Positions 42,404-54,601 of a stretch of 64,000 nt of DNA are shown here, piece by piece; position 1 is the first letter of the stretch; each line of letters starts with the position of its first letter. Under the pieces are notes generated by a model that was not told where the DNA came from, made no database searches, and saw only the letters and a program-made list of their open reading frames with translations. Made by a program: the position numbers and the translations under genes. The stretch spans positions 64,776 through 128,775 of the forward strand of contig MU005989.1 of NCBI GenBank assembly GCA_010093745.1, written 5' to 3'. This DNA comes from Piedraia hortae CBS 480.64. Taxonomy: Eukaryota.

Positions 42404-42650
42404 CAGGGGCTATGAAGCTATGATTTAAATGTGCGAGGGTGCTCAGAGATGCACCCGAGAGTGTATGAAGACCCTTCACCTAGTTGCCCGTTAGATGGCG
42501 CAAGGAGTATTTCTCATCTGCCTATTATATATATAGTGGGTAGTAGGGTTAGGAATCGTTAAGCCACAGTGACATCACCAGGCTGTCCATTAGTTGCTTG
42601 CCACGCCTGCCATAGCTCGTTGACATACATTTGACAGAAAGCCAGCAAAG

Positions 42651-43029
42651 ATGATATCAGCTATCCTCATCGTGATCATCACCATTTTCTGTAGGTTCTT
42701 TGGACCCCGCTCGCGACCCCACGTTCTAACCAAATATGCGTCCAGTCCCCCCAGTCGGCGTGTACCTCATCGCGGGCTGTGGCGCGGATGTTTGCATCAA
42801 CATCTGTCTCTGTCTGCTCGGCTACTTCCCCGGCCACATCCATGCCTTTTACCTTGAATACATCTACTACTCTCGCCGCGAGGATGCGCAGCAAGGCATA
42901 GTTTCCAACCGCCCTGCCCCCGGAGTCTACAGTGATAATGTCAATACTGGCGGCCTGCAACCCATGAACCCACACCACCTCCCGCCGCAGCAGCAGGGTT
43001 ACGGGACGATGCCGCCGCAGGGGTATTAA
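42651..43029 (+). CDS. Pmp3/SNA (UPF0057) proteolipid with Pro/Gln-rich tail; exons 42651-42690, 42746-43029
   Basis: Spliced MISAILIVIITIFFPPVGV..GCGADVCINICLCLLGYFPGHIHAFY matches the family; 55-nt intron. Confidence 0.88.
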
Positions 43030-44847
43030 AGTCCTGAAGGTCGGAAGGGGGTTGTGGGGATGACAGACATGGAAATTGTTGCTATACCTATCATACCTCG
43101 AAGCATGCACACTGTATTTGCAAAATCCTGATTAAGTATCTTACGCAGAAGAAGTAGGGTGTCTGGACTGTTTCCTGGAGCGGTTAGAACATCGTCCTAA
43201 ATAGCCTTGTAAGCTGGTCCTGGTCGATCAGTGGATCCACCAGGTGGCTACTGCAACAAGCTCATCACGTGAGCGACTCGCCTTAGAATTGACTATGAGA
43301 TAGTCCAGGTGATAGCCAATTTAGGATGGCATAGAATGAAGCGTATAGATAAAAAGTTTGCTGCAAGCTTTCCATCATAAGTTGCACTCTTTGTGCAGCC
43401 GGTGGGGGGTCTTTCATACACATTAGATAGGTCAATGCTTCGAGTTCAAACCTGAGGTTCTCCCGCTAACTGGAACTCCTGCCGCTCGATCGGGGGTCAC
43501 TCAGAAAGACACAGAACCTGTACTGAAGATTGCAGGTCAGGTTTTATAGATACCACTGGGATTGCCCAGGGTAGAACGAACGAGACACAGGCGTCTCGCG
43601 GCTTATTTCTCCTTGGTGTACGCTCAGGTAGATAGTAGAACCGTTTCCCAAAGAGGGATAGGGATCATGTATATGGGTTTCGTCTCTCTCCAAGCTCTGC
43701 CCTCCCAAGTGGATCACTTGGAAAAACTCAGTTACAGACTTTTGATCCTCTCCGGACACGAGTTGTCTCGTGGAGCTTGGCATACTTCAACTGCAGTTTC
43801 TGACCTATCATGGTGCGGAGCTGTTTCGTTGAGGATCTGCATCTAGAGGTTAGTCGCAGGTTAAGTCGCTGTGTGTCCACTATCATGATGTGCCGTTAGG
43901 GGTCGGTCCAATCTGAGGGAAGCCGTCACTGTCGGAAAAAGCCAAATTTGGCGATGGTCAAACATGATAGGTCCGATAGCGTATTTGCGGCACTCGATGC
44001 ATAGCAAACCAAATTGGAGGAGGATAGGCAAGCAAGACAATAAACGGCTCTGTCAAGATGAAGTGATGTAATAAACGACTATATACCCAATGAGCGTCAG
44101 ACTAAATCAGTTAAGAGCTACGTGAGTGTGGCAAGTTACTTAAACGCTTGAGCGAGGTGTCTATTTGATCACACAAAGTAATGCAACAGCTTGAAATATG
44201 GAAATGAATGGCAAATAGGCGAGGTGGTATGGGTTTCGAAACCGGATGAAAGCGAATATAACAAGGTTGGGATTATGGAAGTAGGATGGCAACCGGTAGA
44301 AAATTGATATGAGGTGTCACATACAAGGGAAGCATGCATTAACACGGAAAAAATCGAACTAAAGAAAAGGGAAAACAATGGAATGAAAGAGTTCGGAAGG
44401 ACATGCGAAAAGGACGAAGCAGTTCGATCTTCAAAACATCTTTATGGAATAACCTCATTCTTTGTGAATTCATTTCTGCAACCGCTGAGCCTGCTTGTGT
44501 CCGGGGACACAGTGTTGCTCGCATCGCACCATCATTGCCCCATATTAAGCAAACCCCCACTTTTTCCGGGTTAAGTTACAAGGTCCTGGAGAAGATGATA
44601 TTGAGATTTTTGCGTTTGAAAATTCACAGCTAGCAGTTGAACTGCAATGCAGCGGAGCTACATAGCGCGTCGGTTGTAGGCATATCAATGCCAAGAAAAT
44701 TTGAAGATCACACTTGTGGACGAGGAAAGGTGCGATTTAGAGTTCCCCACCTCGTCCACCAACCTAACCCGGCCCGGCCCGTCCGAAGACACCTCACAAC
44801 TTTTAGAATCACGCACAGCTGTATAATAACTCCGAAAGCATCTTACC

Positions 44848-45872
44848 ATGTTCCGAAAGTGCATAGACGGCAGCGTACACTTTGCGAAGCAGATCCATCC
44901 GATCGAACAGCCCACCATCCGCAGCTCCGATGGCCTTTCAATCCTCCGTCCACGTTCAAATGGCAAGCCACCACTTCCACTTCCACCTATAATGGACCCT
45001 ATCGCCCTGGAGGCTAGGGGAAGGTATACCAAGTCGAAGGCAAGACAGGAGTCGAAAACGAATTTAAGGGTCGCGGGCGCGACCATCGCAAACTCTAACA
45101 ATGCCCAGCTCTCCAATGCTGGAGACGCGACGGATCTGGAGAATAACCCCTACGGTATCGTCCCCCCTTCTGTTACTCCCAAATATCTCATAAGGCTATC
45201 ACAGCTCAAGCCCTAGCCTCTCCAATCCGCCAATGCAGGCTTAGCGGTGCGCGTGTTCCGCGTTTCTTCCTCGTGCCACTTGCTGTTGTCGATGGGAAGA
45301 GGTTTGTCCCTTGTTCGTCTAATGGTGGGCTGATGAAGGAATACGCAAACTCGCCACGAAAGGGAAGGCCGGGCTCCTCGCATATCCTCTGCTCCCGTTC
45401 CGTAATCACCGGGGTGAACAGGAAGACGGCGCCGAATTTGGTCACACAACGGTTGCTCGCTGCGAGTCATACGAAGAAGAAGCTTTGGGAATGTGACAGC
45501 TTGGAGGTGCAGGCTTTGGAAGTGTTGAGAGGCGATGTCCTTCGTGCGTTGAGAAGGGCGCTATTCGGAAGGAGGCCGCTGGTTGTTCGCTCGAGGGATG
45601 ATTGGGATAGATTGGATAGGAAGAGGTTGGGCGTCTTGTTGGGGTTAGACAATGAGGCGGGTGTGATTGAAATTGAAGGGGCTGAGATGAGTGGGGTTGC
45701 GGTGCAGTTTATCGGGGGTTTGATGGGAAGTGGGGAAGTGGAGGAGGTATTGGATCAGAGTGAGTGGAGAATGGAGTTGAAAGGGGTGAAGTGGATTGCT
45801 TTTCCGAAACGGAAGTCAACAAGACAATTGTTGTACGCGATCATGAGGCTGGAAGGGTTTTTGAAAAGATGA
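44848..45872 (+). CDS. Conserved fungal protein, RRG8-like (putatively mitochondrial); exons 44848-45154, 45205-45872
   Basis: A 50-nt intron joins NNPY|AQALASPIRQCRLSGARVPRFFL, a motif I recall from RRG8-family proteins. Start codon uncertain. Confidence 0.62.
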
Positions 45873-46241
45873 TGCATCTTGCGGCTGTTTGCTCACGACC
45901 CCAATTGGCCGAGAAACGCCTACGAAGAAAGGGTTTCCTTTAGGTGCATGATTGCATTAGTCACATTACTGATGAAGAGCAGGTTTGTCACGTCATGTGA
46001 CTGATGTGCTTTCTGATGGCAGATCTCCCGCTATGAAAAATGTGCACGCAGTTGGATAAATCTGCTGCATACTGTAGCTTTACATGGAGTTGCCACCCAG
46101 GCAAGAGTTTTTCACATTGAACACTCGAAAAAGGGGGTATATAACACAGAAACAATATAAGAGAAGTCCTCCCTCCCAAAGCAATTACCGCTGAATCTCA
46201 GTCCACTCCTAGGGGACTGCTCCCCGCACTCCATCTCAGCG

Positions 46242-49200
46242 TCATTCGCCCTTTTTATCTTTGTCCTCCTCACGCCTTCTCTTCCTCGGCCGTTCAAGCA
46301 ACTCGCTCCCCTGTCCATATTGCATTCCCTCCGACCTCTCCACCGCGGCACGCGCATCAAGGGTCTGTTGATGACTCGTCCCTAGCGTATGCTCGAAACC
46401 CAGCAGAACCTCTCTTGCTAATGTGAGGGCCTGCTTCCCTCCATATCCCATCTCAATAAGAGTCCTGACCCCTCCCCACGTGGTGCCTAAGGTCGACAGA
46501 TGGCCAGTGCCGAGAGTAGTCTTATTCCCTCTCAAAGCTTCATCATACAATATCGCCGCTTCGGCATAATTCTTTTCCCCATAATACACATCCGCGAGAC
46601 TCGTGACTGCATTGATAATGGGCAGCTCAGTGGCGGCCATCAGCACACGGTATCCCTGGAGCGCGTACTGGTACATTTTCTTTGCCTCGGGAAATTTGGA
46701 TTGCACTTGGTAGATAGTGCCAAGGTCGAGGAGAGTGTTGAGCGCGGGCAGGCTACCGCGGCCGAGTGAGGCAGAATAGGGTGAGTAGAGTGTTTTATAG
46801 AGCGTTTTCGCTTCTTCAAGGCGGTTCTGTGCATGGTACAGTGAGGCCAAGTTGGATGCCGCGGACAAGAGGATGGGATCTGAGGCATTGGGTGAGAGGC
46901 CCACGAAGCTCGCATTGATGGGATTATTTGGCGCGTTGCTTTGTCTGTTACTTAAGGCGTTGTTCGCTTCAATTGCACCGGTCGCTGCTTGGCGTAGGGC
47001 TTGGGAGATGTTGCTCGCTGGCCCACGGCTTTGCATGACGCGTTTGAAAGCAGCTTCGGCTTCCGCAAACTGGCCGCGCTTACGGTAGACGGTGCCCAGA
47101 TCGTGGAGGATGATGGGAATAGATGGGTTAGGCGGCTGCAGCGCCGAAAGGGCTTTCTTGTATATTTTCTCGGTGGATGACAGCTCGTCTTGCGAGGCAT
47201 ATAGGTTGGCAAGTTTCTTAAAAACACCATTCTCCGGGCTTGCGCCTCGAAGGGCGCGTTCGTACATGACAACGGCTTCTCGATGGTTGCCCTGCTCCTT
47301 CTGCAGGTCGCCGAGAATAACAAGTACGTGGATCGTCTTTGGATGATCAGCACCGATCATCCTGGTATAGCCCTTCAAAACACGCTCGAATTGTGTTTCC
47401 GCTTTGGAGAGCTTGCCCTGAGATTTGTACAGGTCTCCAAGGCTGCGACGACATCGAGAATAGCGCCGTCATCTTCCACTGTAAGACGACTGAGTGCGTC
47501 TATAAGCATCGACTCTGCTTGGCCCGTTTTCCCTTGCTTCAGGTAGTAGTGCCCTAATCTGCATTCTGCTGTGGCGGAGGTGGCATGCTTTTTACCGAGC
47601 AGGCTGCTATTGTCATTGACGGCACTTTGGTAAAGGGACTCGGCCTCATCGAGCTTATCTTGCTTCATATAGAGGTGGCCGAGCTTTAGGACGATACCAA
47701 CTGTGGTGAGATACTTGGCGCCAAGACTATATACACACTCCTGCCGGGATCGCTCCAGAAGCATCTCTGCATCTTGCAAGCGGTTGAGGCCGGTATAAAT
47801 TGTTCCCAGACTACTGACGGTCTGGAACGTGGCCAGATGGTCAAGCTTGTCAGGAGCTGCCACCAAGCGCTCGTACATGGCTCTCGCTTGTTCCAGTCTA
47901 TCATTGCTAAGATAGACCTTTGCCATACGGGCTACAAGGTCAAGCGCCTTGCTGTCTTGTGAATCAAACGAGGAATCATACAGAGACATTGCTTGCTCAT
48001 AAACCTGCAGGCTCTCCGCCGGCTTGCCCTGAGCCTCGTAGAAGGCCCCCAAATTGTTCAACATGAACACGTGTTGCACACCAGAGATCTTTTCCAGAGC
48101 TCCCTGAAACATGTCTTCTGCCTGGGACGGCTTGCCGCTTGTGACGTAAAAAAGCGCCAGGTTTTGGATGGTGCTCAGTGTCTTGGGATGATTTGGGTCG
48201 AGGCATTTTTCATATCCCTTCAATGCAATTCCATACGCTGATTCCGCCTCCGCCAAGTTCCCTTGGATATTGTGCAAGTCAGCCAAGGCGACGGCCGTGC
48301 CAATAGTTGTCTGGTGGCCTTCTCCGAGCGTAGTCTTGTAGCCCTGTAGAGCTCGTTCAGAGGCGTCAACCGCCTCCTTTGGCTTCCCTAGCCTGACGTG
48401 AATCTGTCTGAGCTTTTGATGTGTCTAGCGTCGAAGGGTGCTCCTTTCCAAGAGTAGTCTCGTAGCCCTTCAGGACCCTCTTGTCGAACCCCTCCGCTTC
48501 CGCCGGCGTTCCCTGCTGCGTGTACGCTTCAGTAACCTTTGCGATGGTCTCCAACGTGGTTGGATGTAGAGCCTGGAGAGCCTGTTCATAGCCCCTCAGC
48601 GCTCTTTTAAACATGACGGCGGCCTCGTCAAATGTGCCACTCTGTGTGAATGTATCCCCCAATTTGATCATGATTCCCAGTGGCGTCAGGTGTTTCTCGC
48701 TGACCAGAGTGTTGAACTTAGTCAGCGATTTTGAATACACCCTCTGTGTCTCTGCTCTCTTTCCTTGCTGCCTGTAGATGTCACCTAGGGAATCAGGAGT
48801 GTCGCACGCATATTTATCTTCCGAGCCCAGCGAACTATCGAGACTTCGCTCGAGCTGCTCTTGGGCTTCCTTAAGTTTGCCGTTTTGTGCATAGGGCTGG
48901 CCAAGGGGCTTTCTGGCCGCAAGCGTGTACTTGAGCGTCTTTTTGTCCTCGGAATCAGATGCTTTTTCAAAGCCGCACACAGCCTTTATTTGTAGAGTCT
49001 CTGCTTCTTGTAGCCTGCCTTGTTTGGTGTAAACGTCACTCAACCTGGTCATGGCAGCCAGCATGGAAAGGTGTGCATCGCCAAATGAATTTTTGTAGCT
49101 CTGCACGATCAGCTCACACAATGGCTCTGCCTCGATCAATTTGCCCTTTATCTGGTGATGTCGGACCACTTTGCTGATTGTTTCCATGAGAGCTGTGTAC

Positions 49201-50698
49201 TCTTTTCCTGCTGGTTTTGCCCCAAACGCCTGTAGCGCCTCCCGGTATTTTTCTCCAGCCTGTTTGAATCTGCCCTGGCGGCAGTAATTGTCGGCTTCCT
49301 TTTTGAGAGAGTCCGCTGATGATTGAGATCGGCGTAGGTGAGGAGGGAGAGGGGAATGTGCTTGTGGAGATTGCATGGGAGAGGTCGATGAGAGTTTGTG
49401 TGGAGGTAGGATAGGAGGGAGCAGAGAATGCTTAGAGTCATTTTGAGCAGAAGGAGGAGGAGGAGGAGGAGGAGGTGGTGGTGGTGGTGGAAGCGGAGGG
49501 TGGTTAGATGGAAGCTGGACAGAATGTGAAGACTTAGAAGCTTGCACAGGAGTTACAGACATGGAACGAGGCTGAACAGAAGCCATAGGCTCAGGAGGTC
49601 GAGATGCAATCTCTGACCATTCCGCTACATAAGACTTGCCCCGTTTTGCAGCCACGGCTTTCAAGTCTGAAACTACGTTCCGCACGAGTCTGTGGTCCAT
49701 TCCCAGATGACCCTGGTAGCCTTGGAGGGCACGTCTGTATATTGCCTCCCCATCTGAAAACCTGCCCATCTTGGAGTGAAACTGGCCTAGACTGTGCACC
49801 GTGTCCAGCGTGATCTGGTCATCTGGCCCCACAACCTTTTCGTAGCCCTGCAGCGCTCGTCAGTACATGCCCCTGACAGCAACAAGTTTACGTTCGTGGA
49901 TGTAAAGGTCTCCGAAGTTTTTGATGATGCTCAAAGTCAATTGATGATTCTTCCCGAGCGCCCGTTCAGAGTCCTTCAGCGTCGACATGTACGTGCTCTC
50001 TGCATCCTCAAATCTCATCAGCTGGACAAGGACAAAGCCCATATTTTTGCGGGCAACTAGAGTCTTGGGATGAGATGGTCTCAGCAGCCTCCCATAGCCC
50101 TGCACCGCACGCTCATACATGTTCTCTGCGTCTTCCAGTCTCACCTGTCGGAGAAAAATGAAGCCCAGATTGTGATATACCGTGAGGGTTAAGTCATGTT
50201 ACCGAATAGTCTTTTATACCCGCGCTGCAATCACTTGTAGAAGAACTCTGCCGCAGCAAAGTTCCCCACATCGCGGTTATAGATGCCCAGGGTGTACACG
50301 ACGCGCAGAGAGTCCTCAGTGTCCACAGTAGAGATCTTTGCGTGTTGATCCAGTTCCCTTTGGTATGCTCTTTCGGCCTCGGCGATCTTGCCCTGGCTCT
50401 TGAGCAGATTTCCTAGATTATTTAGGGTGTTGGGAGCCAGGCGAGGATTCAGATTCGGGTGACTCTTGCCGCACGCGTGCAGGATGCGGTCGTAAATCAG
50501 TCCTGCATGGCCAAGATTGCTGGTCTTATGCAGGAATTCGCCAAAGTCGAAGCAGGCTGCCATCGTCTCGGGATGTTCGGCCCTTTGCATCTGCTCCAGA
50601 TGCGATAGTCTTTCTGCCAGTGCCGTTTCTGATTTAATTAGCGCGGCGCCGCCGTTGTCTTGGCGGGTTGCGCTCATGTTGACGGTCGGCGTCTGCAT
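46242..50698 (-). pseudogene. Disrupted kinesin-light-chain-type (TPR_10/TPR_12) repeat gene, roughly 1480 codons when reconstructed
   Basis: Repeated YxRALxGYExxLGxxHPxTL..NLG units across 5 ORFs; in-frame TGA at 50233-50231 and 49862-49860; frameshifts near 50200, 48420 and 47440, with the repeat register continuing in the shifted frame. Confidence 0.85.
49452..49491. repeat. (GGA)n(GGT)n trinucleotide run encoding a polyproline tract in the TPR gene linker
   Basis: aggaggagg..ggtggtggtgg; 13 consecutive Pro in ORF 48366-49832. Confidence 0.9.
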
Positions 50699-51190
50699 AG
50701 CGCCAGGCAGTCACTAACCCCCACTCCCTCTGCGATGCCCTTTCGCGACTCTTCACTGTGCATGCCGCTCTGCGCGGTTGGACGCGTTGAAATTGCGCTA
50801 GCCATGACAGGTTAGGTTGCTACGGGGATGGGGATATCGTTCGCGGGCCACCAGTTTACGGTCCACAATGAACACTGGCCAAACGCATGCCAAGCGCGTA
50901 AGTCCGAATGAGGGAGTAGCGAGTGGTATGTATGTATGCTATGAAACCAAATCGGAAAATGTTGGACAATCATTGCCATTGGCAAGGGCGTTTCTATTGT
51001 ACCTCAGGAGCTCAATCTCTCCCAAAACCCACGACTTCACAACCACAAAATGACTGAAAAAGGGAAGATTACTGTAGCGTAGTTTGAGCGATCAAATGAA
51101 AATTTGGTTCTGATGTGCACACTCTGTACATTTTTTTCCCTTTCCTTTCAATGCGCAACGCAACATGCTACACGTCATACAGCAATGGAA

Positions 51191-51326
51191 AGGTTTTGCA
51201 ACCCCGCTTGAGCATAGCTTGGGCGTTGCGAACTTCCTAGGCATTCTTTGCCCAGCCTTGGGCAATACGCAAACGTATTGACCGATTAAGAAGTTTGCAA
51301 CGCTCAACTTACGGGTTGCAAAACCT
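51191..51326. repeat. 136-nt intergenic fold-back (nested inverted repeats)
   Basis: 14-bp perfect outer stem (51191-51204/51313-51326), 22-bp inner stem (51219-51240/51286-51307) and two internal hairpins. Confidence 0.88.
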
Positions 51327-52113
51327 CTTTAATCTTTTATGCCATTAGGGTGGTCAACCATACCACAAAATAATCCAAGCAGATTAATACTAAGCAACCG
51401 AAGCGAGCGAAGATTGCTGACCCACGTAAAAGTCCTAGCGCAGCGCGGAACTCTCCGCGATTATCTAGAAATCCCCGATCATCCGCGACCAAACACATCG
51501 CCTTAGGGGGTGCGTTCGGATTTTGTTTTGTGGCCAAGAAAAGCGTGTTTTGATTATGTCGATCCGTAAAAATTATTAAAAAAGCCGTGTTCAAGGTGCA
51601 ACTTTACGTATCTACAGCTAAAATTTCCGTGCTATAACTGGCAAAACATTTTTTGGTTAGATAATCTGGGTCTTAGATAGGATAATTCGTACTGACCATG
51701 TCACAACGAGCGATTACCCCCCGGATTTTCCTGGAGATTTCCCCACGGTATTTGCCTCCCCCACCAAACAAAAAGGGACAAACTAATGCCCTCACACGCA
51801 ACGGTCATGTTCGTGGCTACCCACATCGTGTACCTTACGCACCTCAAATGACTGAATCGCTGAAACCGAGTAGCGGCACAATAATCGTTGTATGTTTAAA
51901 GTGCCACCTGGTTCCCTTGCGGGTCTATGGGCACTATGTCCATAGCAGCTGTCGCGAGCACAGATTCCCCTCCTTGACCGCCAGGGCCACTCGAAACCGT
52001 TCAATCTAGGATCCCTGTGTGTAAAGATGTATATGAAAAACATAGAAGCTTCTTTGTAATTAGCATTATTGTCATTCTATCTAGCCTCGCTGCCATTTAC
52101 TACTGTAACCACA

Positions 52114-53685
52114 CTATTTCAGATAAAGGAACGGGAACATCTTGGCCAGGTGTTTATGGGTGTGTTCCATGTGCTCTGCAAGCTTCCGCTCAGCACGTCC
52201 ATCATCTTCCAGCATGCCATCTGTAGATTCTAGCTCCTCTCTGGACGGAATCGTGATGTTACGCATGTGGGAGTCCAAACGACCCCAGTCACCCATGTCG
52301 TTCAACATCTTGCCCGGATGCATGTGGCGATGACAAGACTCCATAATTATGAGAGAATCCACACCAACCAAAACCTTCACGTTCTTGATATCCACTTTAG
52401 GAGCCAGGTTTTGCCCCGGGAGCATTTGCTCCATCCTGCGAATGGTCCAGAATAGATTGGATTCAGCAGGATTGACGTGTGTGAAAGCTTGCCTTGTACC
52501 ATCGAAGCGCCGGACGAAGACGACTCGTGAGCGCTCGAGGTTCGCTGTGCCGAATTCATTTGGCAGCATGCCCATAACAGGCACATCGGGAAGAGATGGA
52601 GCGTCAGCCAGGAATCGGGCATCATGATGACGAGCGAGGAGTTGAATAACGTCCATACAGGTGATACGATGATGCGGTCGGTCAGGAGCCCATCCGTGCA
52701 GGACACACCACAGAGGTGTCATTGTCTTTCTGCTGAGCAGTACCTGGCGTAACACCCAGCCACGGCACTCGAGGCTCCCAGCAAGCTGGGAAGCAGCCTG
52801 ATCTCCGACAAAACAATGCGCCACAGTGGCTGCGGTGTGAACTCCGAGGACTTTCTTGACTCCTGTCCATTTCCGGGAGCTGAGGTACAAATCAACCTTG
52901 ACGATAAACAGCATGGCACAGAAGATAGCATATTCATCAAAGTAGGAGGAGGTGACCACAGCAACGCGTTGCACGTTGAGAGGAAGGTCCATCAGGAACC
53001 ACAGGCGTTGAAGACTCTCCAATGTGCCGCGAGGGCAGCGATGACCGTGCAAGGCCAGCTGGATAATCATACCCTGGCAGATAGCGCGGCGGTAGACAAC
53101 CATCTGCAACCATTTCAGACCAGGGATGTAGCGAGCTGTGGGAATCCCGTCAGCGAAGGGAATATGGCTGGTCTGGTCATACTCGTCTTGGTCACACAGA
53201 TGGATGTAATGATTCCATGGGAAAATCATGTCAGCATACGGGACCCAGCGTGTGATAAGGGACCGCACGAGGCTCAGCTGGTTATTCTTGTACGCCCCAT
53301 AGGTGGAACGGCACACCACAGTCAGGCTAGCAACCGAAGATGGATGAACGTGCTTGATGAACATTGGCCCCAGATCAGGGTGCTGCAGTAGACGGGTGAT
53401 GATGTCGGACGGCTCCAGCTTTGAGATTTCCGTAGAATCGACTGAGGCAGTGGCCTGCATGTCGTAGTCTGCATTCAAGCCACGAGTACGTTTGACAGAC
53501 GAACTGTCGCATGACTGGGGAGTAGCAGCTGGGTAATTGGCAAATGAGTGCGCATTGGCAGCGTTGAAGCCGTTCTCAGAGAACGTAGACGAATACTGCA
53601 CCGAAAGCATGTTGCCGCCCGGGTATGAAAGCGCTGCACGGTTTGCAGACGTTGCCGGGATCAGTGACTGCAGAAAACCAGCCAT
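52114..53685 (-). CDS. Uncharacterised fungal protein, possible degenerate F-box-like segment
   Basis: 523-aa intact ORF with globular composition; FPW..Y..LC, PGLKWLQMV..R, GHRCP and RLWFLMDLP resemble an unannotated Pezizomycotina family (from recollection). Confidence 0.7.
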   Translation of the reverse strand: MAGFLQSLIPATSANRAALSYPGGNMLSVQYSSTFSENGFNAANAHSFANYPAATPQSCDSSSVKRTRGLNADYDMQATASVDSTEISKLEPSDIITRLLQHPDLGPMFIKHVHPSSVASLTVVCRSTYGAYKNNQLSLVRSLITRWVPYADMIFPWNHYIHLCDQDEYDQTSHIPFADGIPTARYIPGLKWLQMVVYRRAICQGMIIQLALHGHRCPRGTLESLQRLWFLMDLPLNVQRVAVVTSSYFDEYAIFCAMLFIVKVDLYLSSRKWTGVKKVLGVHTAATVAHCFVGDQAASQLAGSLECRGWVLRQVLLSRKTMTPLWCVLHGWAPDRPHHRITCMDVIQLLARHHDARFLADAPSLPDVPVMGMLPNEFGTANLERSRVVFVRRFDGTRQAFTHVNPAESNLFWTIRRMEQMLPGQNLAPKVDIKNVKVLVGVDSLIIMESCHRHMHPGKMLNDMGDWGRLDSHMRNITIPSREELESTDGMLEDDGRAERKLAEHMEHTHKHLAKMFPFLYLK

Positions 53686-53830
53686 GGGTCAGGTAGTAGA
53701 CACAAAATGCAATGAGGGAAGCGGTAGAGGATTAGCTTGGTGGGAAGAAGAGAGTTTGGATGAGCAGTGGAAGAAGGCAGAGGAATTTAAAAGGGTGGGC
53801 ACGACGCGTTACAAGTCAAGTTTGAACACT

Positions 53831-54601
53831 TCACCTGCGGTTAATAAGGCTCAAAAACTCTTCGCGCGTCTTGGCTTGTTTTCTGAACACGCCAAGCATG
53901 CAACTTGTTGTTGTCCATGCCGACGCGTTTTGCACACCGCGCATTACCATGCACATGTGCTTGCTCTCCATTACCACAGCGACGCCCTGGGGCTCCAAAG
54001 CTTCGCTCAAAGCAAGTGCAACCTGCTTCGTCAGCCGCTCCTGTACCTGCAGACGTCGACTGAACATCTGAGCGATGCGGACAAGCTTTGAAAGGCCAAT
54101 GACACGTCGCGATGTAGATGGTATGTAAGCAATGTGCATCTAAACCAGCTTAGAAGGCCAGAATAGTAAGTGGTGAGTGCGTACCTTGCCAGCAAAAGGG
54201 ACGAGATGGTGCTCGCAGAGACTGTAGATATCAATGTCTTTAACAATAACCATCTCGTCGTGGTCCTCTTCAAAGACAGCATTATTAGTAATATCACGAA
54301 GGTTTTCCTCGTAGCCCTGGGTGAAGAACATCATGGCCTTGGCAAAGCGCTCGGGTGTGCGGCGCAAACCCTCGCGGTCAGGGTCTTCGCCTATACATTC
54401 CAGTATAGTACGCACGGCACCGGCCAATTTCTTGAGCCGTTCTTCCGCTTCTCTAGGCTGCTCCTGTTCCTGGAGACGCTGGTGAGTACCGACGCTGGGC
54501 CATGACAGCCCATTGAGATCTGTGGGAGGCTTGGAGTTGAGGGAATTTGGCGTTGGGACGTCTCTATCGAGTGTATTGGTACTTGTATCCTGATCGTCCA
54601 T
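53831..54601 (-). CDS. FOL2: GTP cyclohydrolase I; exons 54601-54185, 54139-53831
   Basis: [45 protein letters not shown]; 45-nt intron GTACGC..TAG. Confidence 0.96.

Noticed and set aside
42544..42553. TAGGGTTAGG as a telomerase RNA template or interstitial telomere
   Set aside because: Only about 1.5 repeats in a 250-nt intergenic gap; no room or structure for a TER gene.
43030..44840. 1.8-kb interval with short ORFs and GAGTTCAAACC (B-box-like, ~43442) as a tRNA or gene relic
   Set aside because: No cloverleaf or T-stem pairing; the short ORFs have no recognisable homology.
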